A stretch of 64,000 nucleotides of DNA from Saccostrea echinata (taxonomy: Eukaryota). Shown here piece after piece: positions 9,830-20,187 of the stretch. The notes under the pieces are model-generated. The model ran no database searches. It was not told the origin of the DNA and saw nothing but the letters and a program-made list of their open reading frames with translations. Each line of letters starts with the position of its first letter. Positions within the stretch are counted from its first letter, which is position 1. A program made the translations under genes and the position numbers. The DNA lies in NCBI RefSeq assembly GCF_033153115.1, contig NW_026889803.1:45570001-45634000 (forward strand), in the 5' to 3' direction.

Positions 9830-12800
9830 ATGCCAACGTTAGAGTGCCCTGTATTTGGATGTGAGTGGCAGTCTCAGGACCTGGATGCAGCTTTTGCCGC
9901 AGCGATGACGGCAGCCCTCCAGATCCACGATAGAACTGTTCACCAGCCACAGGCCCAGCCAGCAGCTGCCGCAGCTCCCAAACTGAAGTTGGACCCACCC
10001 ACCATAGCTGCTGGATGTGACCCAGACCAGTGGTCAGCGTTCACTCGACAATGGGAGATGTACAAGGTGGGTATGGCCATTGCCCAAAACGTCATACCCA
10101 CTGCTCTGTTCTACTGCTGTGACTCAGACCTTCGGACCGACGTCATGCGTGACCAACGAGGTAACATCACAGACATGCCAGAGGCAGACCTGATGAATGT
10201 CATTAAACGGCTTGCTGTGAAGGATGAGAGCACATTGGTACAACGCATTAAGCTCAGTAAGATGACACAAGCACCTGGTACCAGCATCAGAACGTTTTTA
10301 GCCAGTCTCCGAGGTCAGGCGTCTCTCTGTCAGTACAAGGCCACACGCAAGGAGGAAGGGTGTAACCACATTTACGACTACAGTGATGAGATCATAAAGG
10401 ACAATCTGGTTAGAGGAATTGCAGACCCTGAAATTTTGTCTGACCTGCTTGGTGATCCTAAGACAGACAGAACCTTGGAAGAGACTGTTTCCTTCATAGC
10501 ACAGAAGGAACAAGGCAAAGTTACACGGAGTGCAGTTGGAGATTCAGCCGGTGCGATGTCGACAACGACCCATAGCCAAAAATCAGTACAAGGACCTGGA
10601 GGCAAGTGCTGGGCATGTGGTGGACCTGCCCACGGACAAAGAAACGATCGTCAAGCCAGACAAAGAAGTTGCGAGGCCTGGACATCTACATGTGCCAAGT
10701 GTAAAGTTAAGGGTCATTATACCAAGTCATGCAGCAAGTGTTCAACGTGTGGTGCCTGGGGACATCGTGATTCATCGTCAAGGGCTTGTACACAGGGACG
10801 AGGACAGAAACTCCGCAGTCAGGGACCATCACAGGAACCGACGATAGATGCTGACGACAAGGTTGGTTATGTCTACGACCAGCTATGTACCACATCAGAA
10901 CAATATCAGAATACAGCACGTCTTGAACATCACATCTTCGAAGGAAAATGGATAGCTAGGCCGTCCAAACCTCATCCGATGCTACTGGTTAATATGACAC
11001 CTTTGGCCGAGGACCATGCGTCATTTGGACATCCCATCAAAGATGTTACAAGGCTCAAAACGATACAACTGCCCATGGTAGCTGACACCGGATGCCAGAG
11101 TACGATAATCCCATTACAGACAGCCAACAACCTGGGAATTACCAGAAAGGACCTAATTCCAGTAAAGCTCGTTATGCGAGGTGCCATCAAAGAAAACCTC
11201 GGGGTTATTGGAGCGGTTGCAGTTGATGTGAGGGTCAGAGATGGTTCCAAATCTACACGCATATTATGTTATGTATCTGATGTCATGGAAAAAGCTTTCA
11301 TCTGCAGGGAGGCACTGGTTTCTCTTGGAATAATTCATGCAGACTTCCCAAACCATCCCGTAGACACATCAGAGAGTTTTGCTTCTGTAGAAGATGAGAC
11401 TACCTGCTCCTGTCCCAGACGTCAGCCTAATCCACCTCCACTACCAACAACACTACCACCAGGCTTGGACGCTACTGAAGAAAATGTGGATGCATTAAAG
11501 GAATGGCTACTTGATTACTACAGTGCTACAACTTTTAACGTATGTGAACATCAACCTTTACCGCTGATGAACTGTGAGCCCCTAAAGCTTCACATAGATC
11601 CTGATGCCAGACCAGTTGCTGTTCACAAGCCATCACTGGCACCCATCCATTGGCAGGATAAAGTCTATGCTGACCTGGAGAGAGACGTGAGGATTGGAGT
11701 CTTGGAGAAAGTTAGCCAGAATACCCCTACAACATGGTGTTCCAGGATGGTAGTTACAGGTAAAGCTGATGGTACGCCCAGAAGGACGGTAGATCTTCAA
11801 CCACAAAACCGTCACTCCGTACGCCAGACCCATCATGTACCGAGTCCGTTTCATCTAGCAGACAGGGTACCTCAAGGTATGAAGAAGATCGTTACTGACG
11901 CTTGGAATGGATACCACTCTGTACCTATTCGAGAGGAGGACCGTCACTTTACCACTTTTATCACACCAAGGGGACGGTACAGATACAAGGTAGCTCCACA
12001 GGGATTTATGGCCAGCGGAGATGCTTACAACCAACGATTTGATGCTGTCATTACGGACTTCAAGAACAAGGTCAAATGCGTGGATGACACTTGTATGTGG
12101 GCAGATTCTGTTAAAGCAGCATTCTTCCAGACGTGCGAATGGTTAGACCTCTGTGCTCGGAATGGTATTACCCTCAACCCGAAGAAGTTCCAGTTTGCTC
12201 AAGATATTGTAGATTTTGCTGGACTCACAATTACTCCTACAAATATACGACCAAGCACAAAGTTCCTAGATGCAATCAGCAACTTTCCCACACCATCCGA
12301 CATTACCGGTGCAAGAGCATGGTTTGGATTGGTCAACCAAGGGGCCTACGCGTTTGCTATGACTAAACAGATGAAACCGTTCCGAGCTCTATTGAAACCA
12401 TCTACACCGTTCCATTGGACGGATGAGCTAGATGAACTATTTACAAAGTCCAAAGAGGTCATTATCCAGGAGATGAAGGAAGGTGTTCGTCTGTTTGACC
12501 CAGCACGCATGACCTGTCTAGCCACAGACTGGTCCATTGATGGTATTGGCTTCTTCATGATGCAGAAGTATTGCAGCTGTGCCAGTAAGACCCCAGCATG
12601 CTGTAATGACGGATGGAAGCTTTGTTTGGTCGGCAGTAGATTCACCCACCCAGCAGAAAGTAGATACGCTCCAATCGAAGGCGAAGCCTTGGCTGTTGTG
12701 TACGCACTCCACCAGACAAGATACTATGTGCTCGGATGCGAAGATCTCATTGTCGCCACTGACCATAAACCACTACTCCAGATATTGAACGACCGATCAC

Positions 12801-14041
12801 TCACTGAGATAGATGACAGACGTCTCCTTAACCTGAAAGAAAAGACCCTTGGATACAAGTTTACGGTGGTTCGTGTACCTGGGAAGAAGAACCTTGGTCC
12901 GGATGCAGCTTCCAGACACCCAGCTTGCCCCCCAGATCGACTGGTATTACCTGGTGATGCCACAGTAGACAAGTCCCTTGACAGTTGCTCTGCCAGTTGC
13001 CGTGATACATCCACCAGTTTCGGCCTATCTACTGAGTATCGAGATCAAGCTGATGATACCTCCACAGTTGCTGCCGCTACAACTGCATTAAATGCCAACA
13101 TCATGGTTGTAACTTGGGATATGGTACGTGAAGCCACAGCATCAGATCCTACGTATATTAGCCTGCTTCAGCAGATAGAAGAAGGGTTCCCAGAGGATTA
13201 TAGGGATTTGCCACTGGAGTTGCGCCCATTTCATCGTTTTTCTGGCAGTCTATGCTCTGTTGATGGTGTGGTTCTCTTGGGACAGCGTATAGTCATTCCA
13301 CCTGCCTTACGTAAACCAGTACTCAATGCACTTCATGCAGCACACCAAGGAGTCTCGTCGATGCGTGCCAGAGCCCTGGACTCGGTGTATTGGCCAGATA
13401 TCACGGTGGATATTGCCAGGACGAGGGACCAGTGTGGACATTGTCACCAGATGGCTAAGTCAAACCCCATGCAGCCACCTACTGATATAGTTCCTCCTGA
13501 ATATCCTTTCCAGAAGATCTGCAGCGACTACTTCACCTACAACAGTAAGGATTATGTTGTCGTTGTGGACAGCTACTCCAACTGGCCCATGGTATACAGA
13601 TCGGAGTCTGGAGCGGATGGACTGGTGAAGCGCCTTCGTGAGACGTTTGTCACATTTGGTATCCCAGAGGAATTAACATCAGATGGAGGTCCTCAGTATA
13701 CAGCTGGAAAGACACAGGAATTCCTGAAAGCCTGGGGAGTCAGACATAGAATCTCATCAGTTGCAAATCCACATGCCAACTGCAGAGCTGAAGTTGCAGT
13801 GAAGATGGTAAAACGTATGCTTGCGGACAACATCACAGCCAATGGTTCCTTAGACGTGGATAAGTTTCAGAGGGCTTTACTTATATACAGGAACTCCATT
13901 GATCCAGAGACGAAGGCATCCCCAGCCTTGATCCTGTTTGGTCGTCCGATCAGAGATGCCGTACCAATCGTAATGGGTAGATATTCGCCTCATGATACAG
14001 TGCAGGAAACTAATTTTGTTACAGCATCGATGCTGATTTGA
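9830..14041 (+). CDS. Gag-Pol polyprotein (single ORF), C-terminally interrupted by a MITE at 13998
   Basis: Zn knuckles CAKCKVKGHYTKSC and CSTCGAWGH; protease VADTGCQS; RT VTDAWNGYHSVP, APQGF, KCVDD; RNase H ATDWS, YAPIEGEALA, TDHKPL; integrase LHAAHQG/CGHC, SDYF, SDGGPQY, RAEVAVK. Confidence 0.95.
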   Translation: MPTLECPVFGCEWQSQDLDAAFAAAMTAALQIHDRTVHQPQAQPAAAAAPKLKLDPPTIAAGCDPDQWSAFTRQWEMYKVGMAIAQNVIPTALFYCCDSDLRTDVMRDQRGNITDMPEADLMNVIKRLAVKDESTLVQRIKLSKMTQAPGTSIRTFLASLRGQASLCQYKATRKEEGCNHIYDYSDEIIKDNLVRGIADPEILSDLLGDPKTDRTLEETVSFIAQKEQGKVTRSAVGDSAGAMSTTTHSQKSVQGPGGKCWACGGPAHGQRNDRQARQRSCEAWTSTCAKCKVKGHYTKSCSKCSTCGAWGHRDSSSRACTQGRGQKLRSQGPSQEPTIDADDKVGYVYDQLCTTSEQYQNTARLEHHIFEGKWIARPSKPHPMLLVNMTPLAEDHASFGHPIKDVTRLKTIQLPMVADTGCQSTIIPLQTANNLGITRKDLIPVKLVMRGAIKENLGVIGAVAVDVRVRDGSKSTRILCYVSDVMEKAFICREALVSLGIIHADFPNHPVDTSESFASVEDETTCSCPRRQPNPPPLPTTLPPGLDATEENVDALKEWLLDYYSATTFNVCEHQPLPLMNCEPLKLHIDPDARPVAVHKPSLAPIHWQDKVYADLERDVRIGVLEKVSQNTPTTWCSRMVVTGKADGTPRRTVDLQPQNRHSVRQTHHVPSPFHLADRVPQGMKKIVTDAWNGYHSVPIREEDRHFTTFITPRGRYRYKVAPQGFMASGDAYNQRFDAVITDFKNKVKCVDDTCMWADSVKAAFFQTCEWLDLCARNGITLNPKKFQFAQDIVDFAGLTITPTNIRPSTKFLDAISNFPTPSDITGARAWFGLVNQGAYAFAMTKQMKPFRALLKPSTPFHWTDELDELFTKSKEVIIQEMKEGVRLFDPARMTCLATDWSIDGIGFFMMQKYCSCASKTPACCNDGWKLCLVGSRFTHPAESRYAPIEGEALAVVYALHQTRYYVLGCEDLIVATDHKPLLQILNDRSLTEIDDRRLLNLKEKTLGYKFTVVRVPGKKNLGPDAASRHPACPPDRLVLPGDATVDKSLDSCSASCRDTSTSFGLSTEYRDQADDTSTVAAATTALNANIMVVTWDMVREATASDPTYISLLQQIEEGFPEDYRDLPLELRPFHRFSGSLCSVDGVVLLGQRIVIPPALRKPVLNALHAAHQGVSSMRARALDSVYWPDITVDIARTRDQCGHCHQMAKSNPMQPPTDIVPPEYPFQKICSDYFTYNSKDYVVVVDSYSNWPMVYRSESGADGLVKRLRETFVTFGIPEELTSDGGPQYTAGKTQEFLKAWGVRHRISSVANPHANCRAEVAVKMVKRMLADNITANGSLDVDKFQRALLIYRNSIDPETKASPALILFGRPIRDAVPIVMGRYSPHDTVQETNFVTASMLI

Positions 14042-14496
14042 ATGCTTCCTTTGCTTGCTGATTTGAATGCTTCCTTTGCTTGCTGATTTAATGCTAGTAA
14101 TCCTTATCCTGATGCTGTTTTATAATTAGGTCAATGCTACCGGAAGTAGCATCATGCTACCGGAAGTAGATAATGAATTTCAGCATTGCCGTTTAAAGCA
14201 ATAAAAGTGCCTTTTACAATTATTTGATCATAATATCTCACTATGTATCAATAATGTGAATATTTGACCAACATTCTTTCTTTCTTTTTTGATTTTTTAC
14301 TGAATTAAAACTCATTGATTTTCTGATGCTAGTAGGATAATGCTGATTTTATGTAGGTCAATGCTGGTTTTATCCTTTGCTTGCTGATGCTGATCCTGTT
14401 AATGCTGTTTTTTAAATGCTGATGCTAGCTCGATCCTGATGCTACTAATGCTTATACTGATGCTGGTTTCTGTAACAAAATTAGTTCCCTGCACTG
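13998..14496. mobile_element. Tc1/mariner-type MITE (499 bp) inserted in the integrase region
   Basis: 27-bp TIR CAGTGCAGGAAACTAATTTTGTTACAG (1 mismatch); TA TSD at 13996-13997 and 14497-14498; internal TGCTGA repeats. Confidence 0.9.
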
Positions 14497-14498
14497 TA

Positions 14499-15235
14499 CA
14501 TGGAAGGAACTGATGTCGAGTAGAGAGTTAGCTCTTGCCAAACGCCACTCAAGAGAGCATGAAAGATGGAATGAGCATACCCATCAGCTACCACCACTGC
14601 AGGTTGGAGACCATGTGTATATCCAAAACTTAATGGGCAACCACCCAAGGAGATTGGAACGCACTGGAGTTGTTGTTGAGGTCCGCCAATACCACCAGTA
14701 TGTGGTACGTGTAGATGGCACAGGAAGGGTTACGCTAAGAAATCGCCAGCATCTGAGGAAATTCACCCCGTTTAACAGCAATTCACCCAGTGCGATTTAA
14801 ACGATGCCGAGAATGCCACAGCCTTCAGAAAAGACTGTTACAGATGGTTCATCCTCAACTCAGAAAACATTGACTCTAAATCCATTGAAATGTAGCACAC
14901 CACAACCTTCGCATGTGACTCCCAGGGTGGATGGCCCTTCTGTTCCACCACCTGTTAACCATGGTTCACCTGCTACATCTGGAGAGGTCTCACCTGCAGT
15001 CGTGACCCCAAAATCAACCGCTAAGTCGCGTTTATCGCCAAGACGACTATTGACGGACAAGGACGAAGTCGCTCCTCCGACAGAACATGAAGACAAACCG
15101 AAGGTCACACGTTTACCCCGCGCTCTGGCTCGTCTTCAGCCGCACAATGCACCTGGAAAGAAAGAGTTGTTGACGCCTGGAAGACCACGCCGCAATACTA
15201 GACAGGATTCCATGGATTCTGCAGAGCATAACTGA
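14499..15235 (+). pseudogene. Displaced C-terminus of Gag-Pol (integrase C-terminal SH3/GPY-F-like region and P/S/T-rich tail)
   Basis: Removing the MITE gives in-frame ...YSPHDTWKELMSSRELAL...LQVGDHVYIQN...YVVRVDGTGRVTLRNRQHLRKF. A single TAA at 14798-14800 separates it from the same-frame 14804-15235 ORF. Confidence 0.85.
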
Positions 15236-15377
15236 TTATTGGACAGTTCAATTGATCTTTAATTACTAGTGACTGAAGTACAGTTGTGATATGAAACATT
15301 CCGTAATTTGATATTTGATTTATACAGACCTTTTAAGTTTTATTAATGCCTAAAAAACTTGTCCCCGGGGGAGGAGA

Positions 15378-15479
15378 TAACTAATCATTTATGTAATGTA
15401 ATATTATTTCTATATGTTTCAGGTATCAGTCATCCTTAGTTAATTAAAGAGTTACTCATTGGATGATGGTTATCATTTA
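15378..15479 (+). repeat. 3' LTR (102 bp)
   Basis: Identical to the 5' LTR; preceded by the polypurine tract. Confidence 0.9.
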
Positions 15480-15737
15480 TAAGAGAGTTAGAGCATTTTG
15501 ATATTTGTTTACTGCATTCAAGATTGATATTTTTTTTATGGATTTGGGCTCTGGTCTTTTTTTTCAATGAGAACTAATTTTCAGTGAAAAAAAAACGTGT
15601 CAATCAATAATTCAAACAATTTCATAAAAAAAATGATGAAAATGCTTTCCTGATTCTATTAAAAAATTGAGAGAGAGAGAGAGAGAGAGAGATTTTAAAA
15701 AAGTGGGATGCATTGTGGGATTTTAGTCACATGCACC

Positions 15738-15819
15738 TAATCCGAGATTCGCTGCACATTTTACAATATACATGTAAACTGATAAAAGCAGGGTTTAGAG
15801 TCAGAGGAATCTCGGATTA
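15738..15819. mobile_element. 82-bp miniature transposon with 9-bp TSD
   Basis: TIR TAATCCGAGATTC / GAATCTCGGATTA; TSD ACATGCACC at 15729-15737 and 15820-15828. Confidence 0.8.
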
Positions 15820-17539
15820 ACATGCACCCTGATCTGTTCATTCATTACTGTTTATGTTCGTTTAGGTCATTGACAACTTTCCGTAATTCGTAGTTGTAAT
15901 ACGCGATTATAAACCTCGAATACTTATTTTAAAATTAACAGTTAAATAATTACCTGTCTGATGCAACTATATCAAACTGTCAAATGCTCCGTGACTTCTA
16001 TTCCCTGTTCGGAGTGCATACTGCATGCACCAGGCAGAGTGTAACAGGATGCTCCCACATCTATTCTTTCTTTCGTTCGTGATGTCATTTGACATGTTTA
16101 AATGAAGCGGTGAAGTGCATGATTTACAATCCATCTGATTCTTTGCTCCTGCTGATTTGAATAACCGTGCAACTTGCGCAGTTCAGAAAATAAACTTACT
16201 AGTCCTCTTTTATTGCGTCATCAATCGTGCATCACGCTAAAGTCTTACAATTGTCCGCTAAATTCTTCTGAGATTCCCGCACTTTAAATTGTTATACGAT
16301 TTTCTACTGGAAATTTCCTTTGTTTATTCCCATCATGTTCATGTCATGGAGTTTGACAGACGAAATTCATTAGCGCTTGAATGCTTAGTATCGCTGGTTT
16401 AAATTTCGCCGGTTTCAAACGCTTAAGTGATTCATAAGAGTTATCTCCCTGTGATCGCAAACCTTACCTTAATTGAAAACAAACTTTTGAGAAGTTTCCT
16501 TTTCAGATCTTGTAAAACAATTCTTTATAAAGATTTTAGTACCAAAAAATACATAGCCATCCAGCAAGGCACGCAAGTTTGTTTCGGTCGAAGTCGAGCA
16601 GGTGCTTGAAAATCAAGTCCAGGACCTAATCACTCCCCACTCAAATACAGTATATAGAAAAATCAGCACGCCCTAAATTATAATGAATCTAGTCAATACA
16701 GGAAGTTTACATATTGTTTTTCATCTCATAAAAAAATTCAGCTCCAGTCTCGTGTTAAAATGCCCGAATCTGAAGGCAAGATTCAGGACTTATTTTGCGT
16801 CAGCCATGATTTGACGTGAACCTCAAGTGAAATACTGTTATGACACCTGCACTAGCTTGTTCTTGATGAAAGGGCAGATTACTCTATTTGCATAAATGTA
16901 CCACAAAATTAGAACTCTTTAGTGTGCAGTGTATAGAGGGCTCTTAAGCACATGAAAAAAAATCCATCTTTTCCCTCATTTTCACCTCCTGTTTATGTTA
17001 TGTTTCATCATTGGGTTATTTTTTAATTCTTTTGAATGCCATTTAAACATTGAATTGTGAAGTGTAGATACATGTAGTATTACATGTACTGCAATAATTA
17101 TTTTCAATAGGTCTTTCTTTGTAAACACGATAAAATGCACTATTCCATCCTAAAATGTTTTCAACTATGAAAATATTTTTACATCTTCTGTGCTAACTCC
17201 AAAGTTGCGGGGTATTATTATCATAGTTTACAACTGATTATACGTCAAACGTATACGACAAATGTTTATTAAAATTAATTAAAATTTATAATAGTAATTG
17301 GCTATGAGTTGACTTATAGCTTTGACTTTTCCACCTGTTCACTGATGATTATTCGTGTCTCGAACTTGATTCTAATTCATTTTCATGGTCAAATTTTAAG
17401 AGTCAAAGACACACTTAAAGATCAAAATTTGTGAGTGAAATAAAATTGTTTAAGTATTGTTGTTTTTATGGTAGGATGGTCCAAATACAGTATACAATAC
17501 GTACCTCTTAAACCCTGAGAAGTTCATTGTGTGTAAATC

Positions 17540-18125
17540 TTGATTATAAGGCATAGGTACAGTCATAGATGTAGTGTGTGTCATACACAGGTACAGTTGT
17601 GGATGTTGTTTATAAGGCACAGGTACAGTCATGGATGTAGAATAAAGTGTGTGTACTGGATGGGTACAGTCGTGGATGTTGTTTATAAGGCTCAGATACA
17701 GTCATGAATGTAGAGTTAGCTGTGTATACTAGACAGGTACAGTCGTAAATGTTGTTTATAAGGCACAGGTACAGTCATGAATGTAGAGTTAGCTGTGTAT
17801 ACTGGACAGGTACAGTCGTGGATGTTGTTTATAAGGCACAGGTACAGTCATGGATGTAGAATAAAGTGTGTGTAGTGGACAGGTACAGTCGTGGATGTTG
17901 TTTATAAGGCACAAGTACAGTCATGGATGTAGAATAAAGTGTGTGTATTGGACAGGTCCAGTCGTGGATGTTGTTTATAAGGCACAGGTACAGTCATGGA
18001 TGTAATAAAGTGTGTATACTGGACAGGTACAGTCGTGGATGTTGTTTATAAGGCACAAGTACAGTCATGGATGTAGAGTTAGATGTGTATACTGCACAGG
18101 TACAGTCGTGGATGTTGTTTATAAG
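17540..18125 (-). repeat. 73-bp satellite array, inverted relative to 1-2140
   Basis: GTACAGTCGTGGATGTTGTTTATAAGGCACAGGTACAGTCATGGATGTAG repeats, the reverse complement of the left array. Confidence 0.9.
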
Positions 18126-18193
18126 TAGGGATATTTTATATTACAAAATGGCATTGAAAATAAAGAACTAATTGAGCATTAGTGAAGGTTCAA

Positions 18194-18391
18194 TGTATAC
18201 ACATGCAGTACCCGAGGAGGTTGGTTGGACAGAGAACAGGTGTTTAAACAAAAGGTGTTTATTACCAACTGGACCAGGTGTCAACAGCTGTGTATATAAT
18301 GCATGTATACACACAGGGGTGGCTGCCTATCCCAGTAAATACCAACAGAGCTAGCTGATGTGTAAATAATATTCTCACAATACTCCCTCAA
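18194..18391 (-). mobile_element. Possible LTR relic with Copia-style PPT
   Basis: Minus strand: TTGAGGGAGTAT followed by TGT...ACA (~186 bp) containing TATATA and then AATAAA; no TSD or partner LTR found. Confidence 0.3.
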
Positions 18392-19142
18392 CAAGGGGTC
18401 ACAATATGCAACATGCACATATTATTAATTTTTATGAAACTTTCCATTTTTAATAGACCTGTGTTCAAATAATTTCATTCCTGGATATGCTTAGCCTATT
18501 GCTTTCTAATATCAATGAGTACTTTTTTCTGTTCATACATGCAAAAACAAGCAAAACAAAAACAAAACACACAGATTTTGATTGGCTAAAAATCTGTTTC
18601 TAAAATTACATTGGATAAACATCGTAATGTTTTCAGGGAAAATCAGACGTAAACAAGTTCTATCTACTTATGCAATATTTAAACACTGGAATTGAATTTT
18701 TAAACCCACTCATTTTTAAATTTTGTTCTCTCTGCGGGATTAGCACATACCATTTCATGGTTGAATTCGACTTTTCCACACGGCGAGCAGAGTTTTGACG
18801 CTGTTTACGGAGACTAAAGAAATAAAGACAAGCATGCCATATATGGTTGTGTAGATAAATTATCGTAGAAAACATAGGTATAAACAGTTTGTCAGTGTAT
18901 TTCCTCTGAAAGTGTAAATGAGTGCGATTCTGGGGGGAGGGGGTACTCCGTGTAATTCGGAGTTAGATACCTTGTGTTATTATTATACTATAGGTTAAAA
19001 ATTTATTACTGAAACAAGTGCCTGTGACTGCGGACCCTATACATGTACTTAATATTTTTAAATGAAGAATATGAAGAAACTCTGACATAAAACGATTCCT
19101 GGATATATAATCATAGTGCAACTCTCAAGTCAACATAAATGC

Positions 19143-19612
19143 AACAAGCATTCGGAGAGTATTGCTTTAGCAATACTAGTCCCCTACCGGCAAGTGTAAT
19201 CTGGTTCCCGCTAAAAATTGAAAATGCCATAATTCCGTCAAAAATCATTGAAGCGGAACGAAATGCAAACTTGATCTATAAGTAATCAAGGTAAAGTCAC
19301 ATGCCAAAAATCAGCTCAATATCTGAAAGCGTTTAGAAGAAAATTGCGGAAAACCCTTAAAAATTGAAAAGGTCATAATTCCGTCAAAAATCAATGAAGC
19401 GGAACGAAATGCAAACTTGATCTGTAACTCATCAAGATACACTCACATACCAAAAATCAGCTCGATATCTGCAAGCTTTTAGGAAAAAAGTGCGGAAAAC
19501 CAAGTGGGACAGACTGACAGACAGACAGAGGGACAGACGGACAGCTAGACGGACGGACAGACTCAGAGGAAACCTATAGTCCCCTCCGGTTTTACCGATA
19601 GGGGACTAATAA
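19143..19612 (+). mobile_element. HINE-like element (TAGTCCCCTACCGG family), complete copy
   Basis: AACAAGCATT...TAGTCCCCTACCGG...(GACA)n...terminal palindrome TAGTCCCC/GGGGACTA; no TSD. Confidence 0.85.
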
Positions 19613-19993
19613 AAGCACTCTATATTGCTTTGTAAGCGCAAAATCATTTATTCAAGAATGCATCTCATCTTAATAAATACATAATTAAAATATCGACTTC
19701 GAACAATAATCGCAAAAATTACTTTGATTGACTGACCTTCTCTGTATTTGTCAAGAATCTATAAAATTAGGATTTACATTCTAGTCTTTTCTGTCAAAAG
19801 CTAATGTATAAATATGATATATATAGGCATATGAGGTTTTTATCTCTCTACGAGAAAAATAAAGTTTCGAAATCAATCATTTAATAAATGATGTTTTTTT
19901 CGGCGTATGATAAGGTTCTGAACACGGAATGCAAGATAAAAAAAATTAGTCCTTGTCTTGTCAATAAAAAAAGCATATCACTTAAATTTATGC

Positions 19994-20187
19994 CAAAGGC
20001 GTCAGAAGCAAATTAAAAGTGGGGTGGTTAATTGAAAGTGGGGGGGGGGGGGGGCTAAACCAACGAAAAAAGGTAAGCCCCAATTTTCAAAACATTAATA
20101 ATATAAAATCAATATTATGTATATCTTTGCAAAAAAAGTGGGGGGCTAAGCCCCCCCCCCCCCAGCCCCCCGGTTCCGACGCCTGTG
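19994..20187. mobile_element. Poly-G/poly-C MITE with probable 5-bp TSD
   Basis: TIR CAAAGGCGTCAGAA / TTCCGACGCCTGTG; flanks TATGC/TGTGC. Confidence 0.6.

Larger units (their letters stand above)
9664..15479 (+). mobile_element. Full-length Ty3/Gypsy LTR retrotransposon (probably Mag-like) with very short identical LTRs
   Basis: Identical LTRs 9664-9765 and 15378-15479; PPT GGGGGAGGAGA just before the 3' LTR; flanks TAAAA/TAAGA (5-bp TSD, 1 mismatch); domain order PR-RT-RH-IN. Confidence 0.93.
8891..16095 (-). pseudogene. Putative decayed two-exon cargo gene inside the Kolobok-like element (exons 16095-15954 and 9072-8891)
   Basis: ATG at 16095, donor CAG|GTAATT at 15954, acceptor AATTTCAG| at 9072. 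The phase-1 join gives ~107 codons with two internal TAG stops, ending ...CSRKLVEDSGTRYANTSGPGFGGD*. No family recognised. Confidence 0.3.
7053..16468. mobile_element. Large TTAA-flanked DNA transposon (Kolobok-like) containing nested SINE, MITEs and a Gypsy element
   Basis: Perfect 14-bp TIR GGTAAGGTTTGCGA (7053-7066) / TCGCAAACCTTACC (16455-16468), each flanked by TTAA (7049-7052, 16469-16472). GG termini with a TTAA TSD fit Kolobok rather than piggyBac. Confidence 0.7.

Noticed and set aside
10298-13014. Numerous antisense and alternate-frame ORFs overlapping Gag-Pol
   Set aside because: Expected shadow ORFs of a long coding frame with moderate GC; no motifs.
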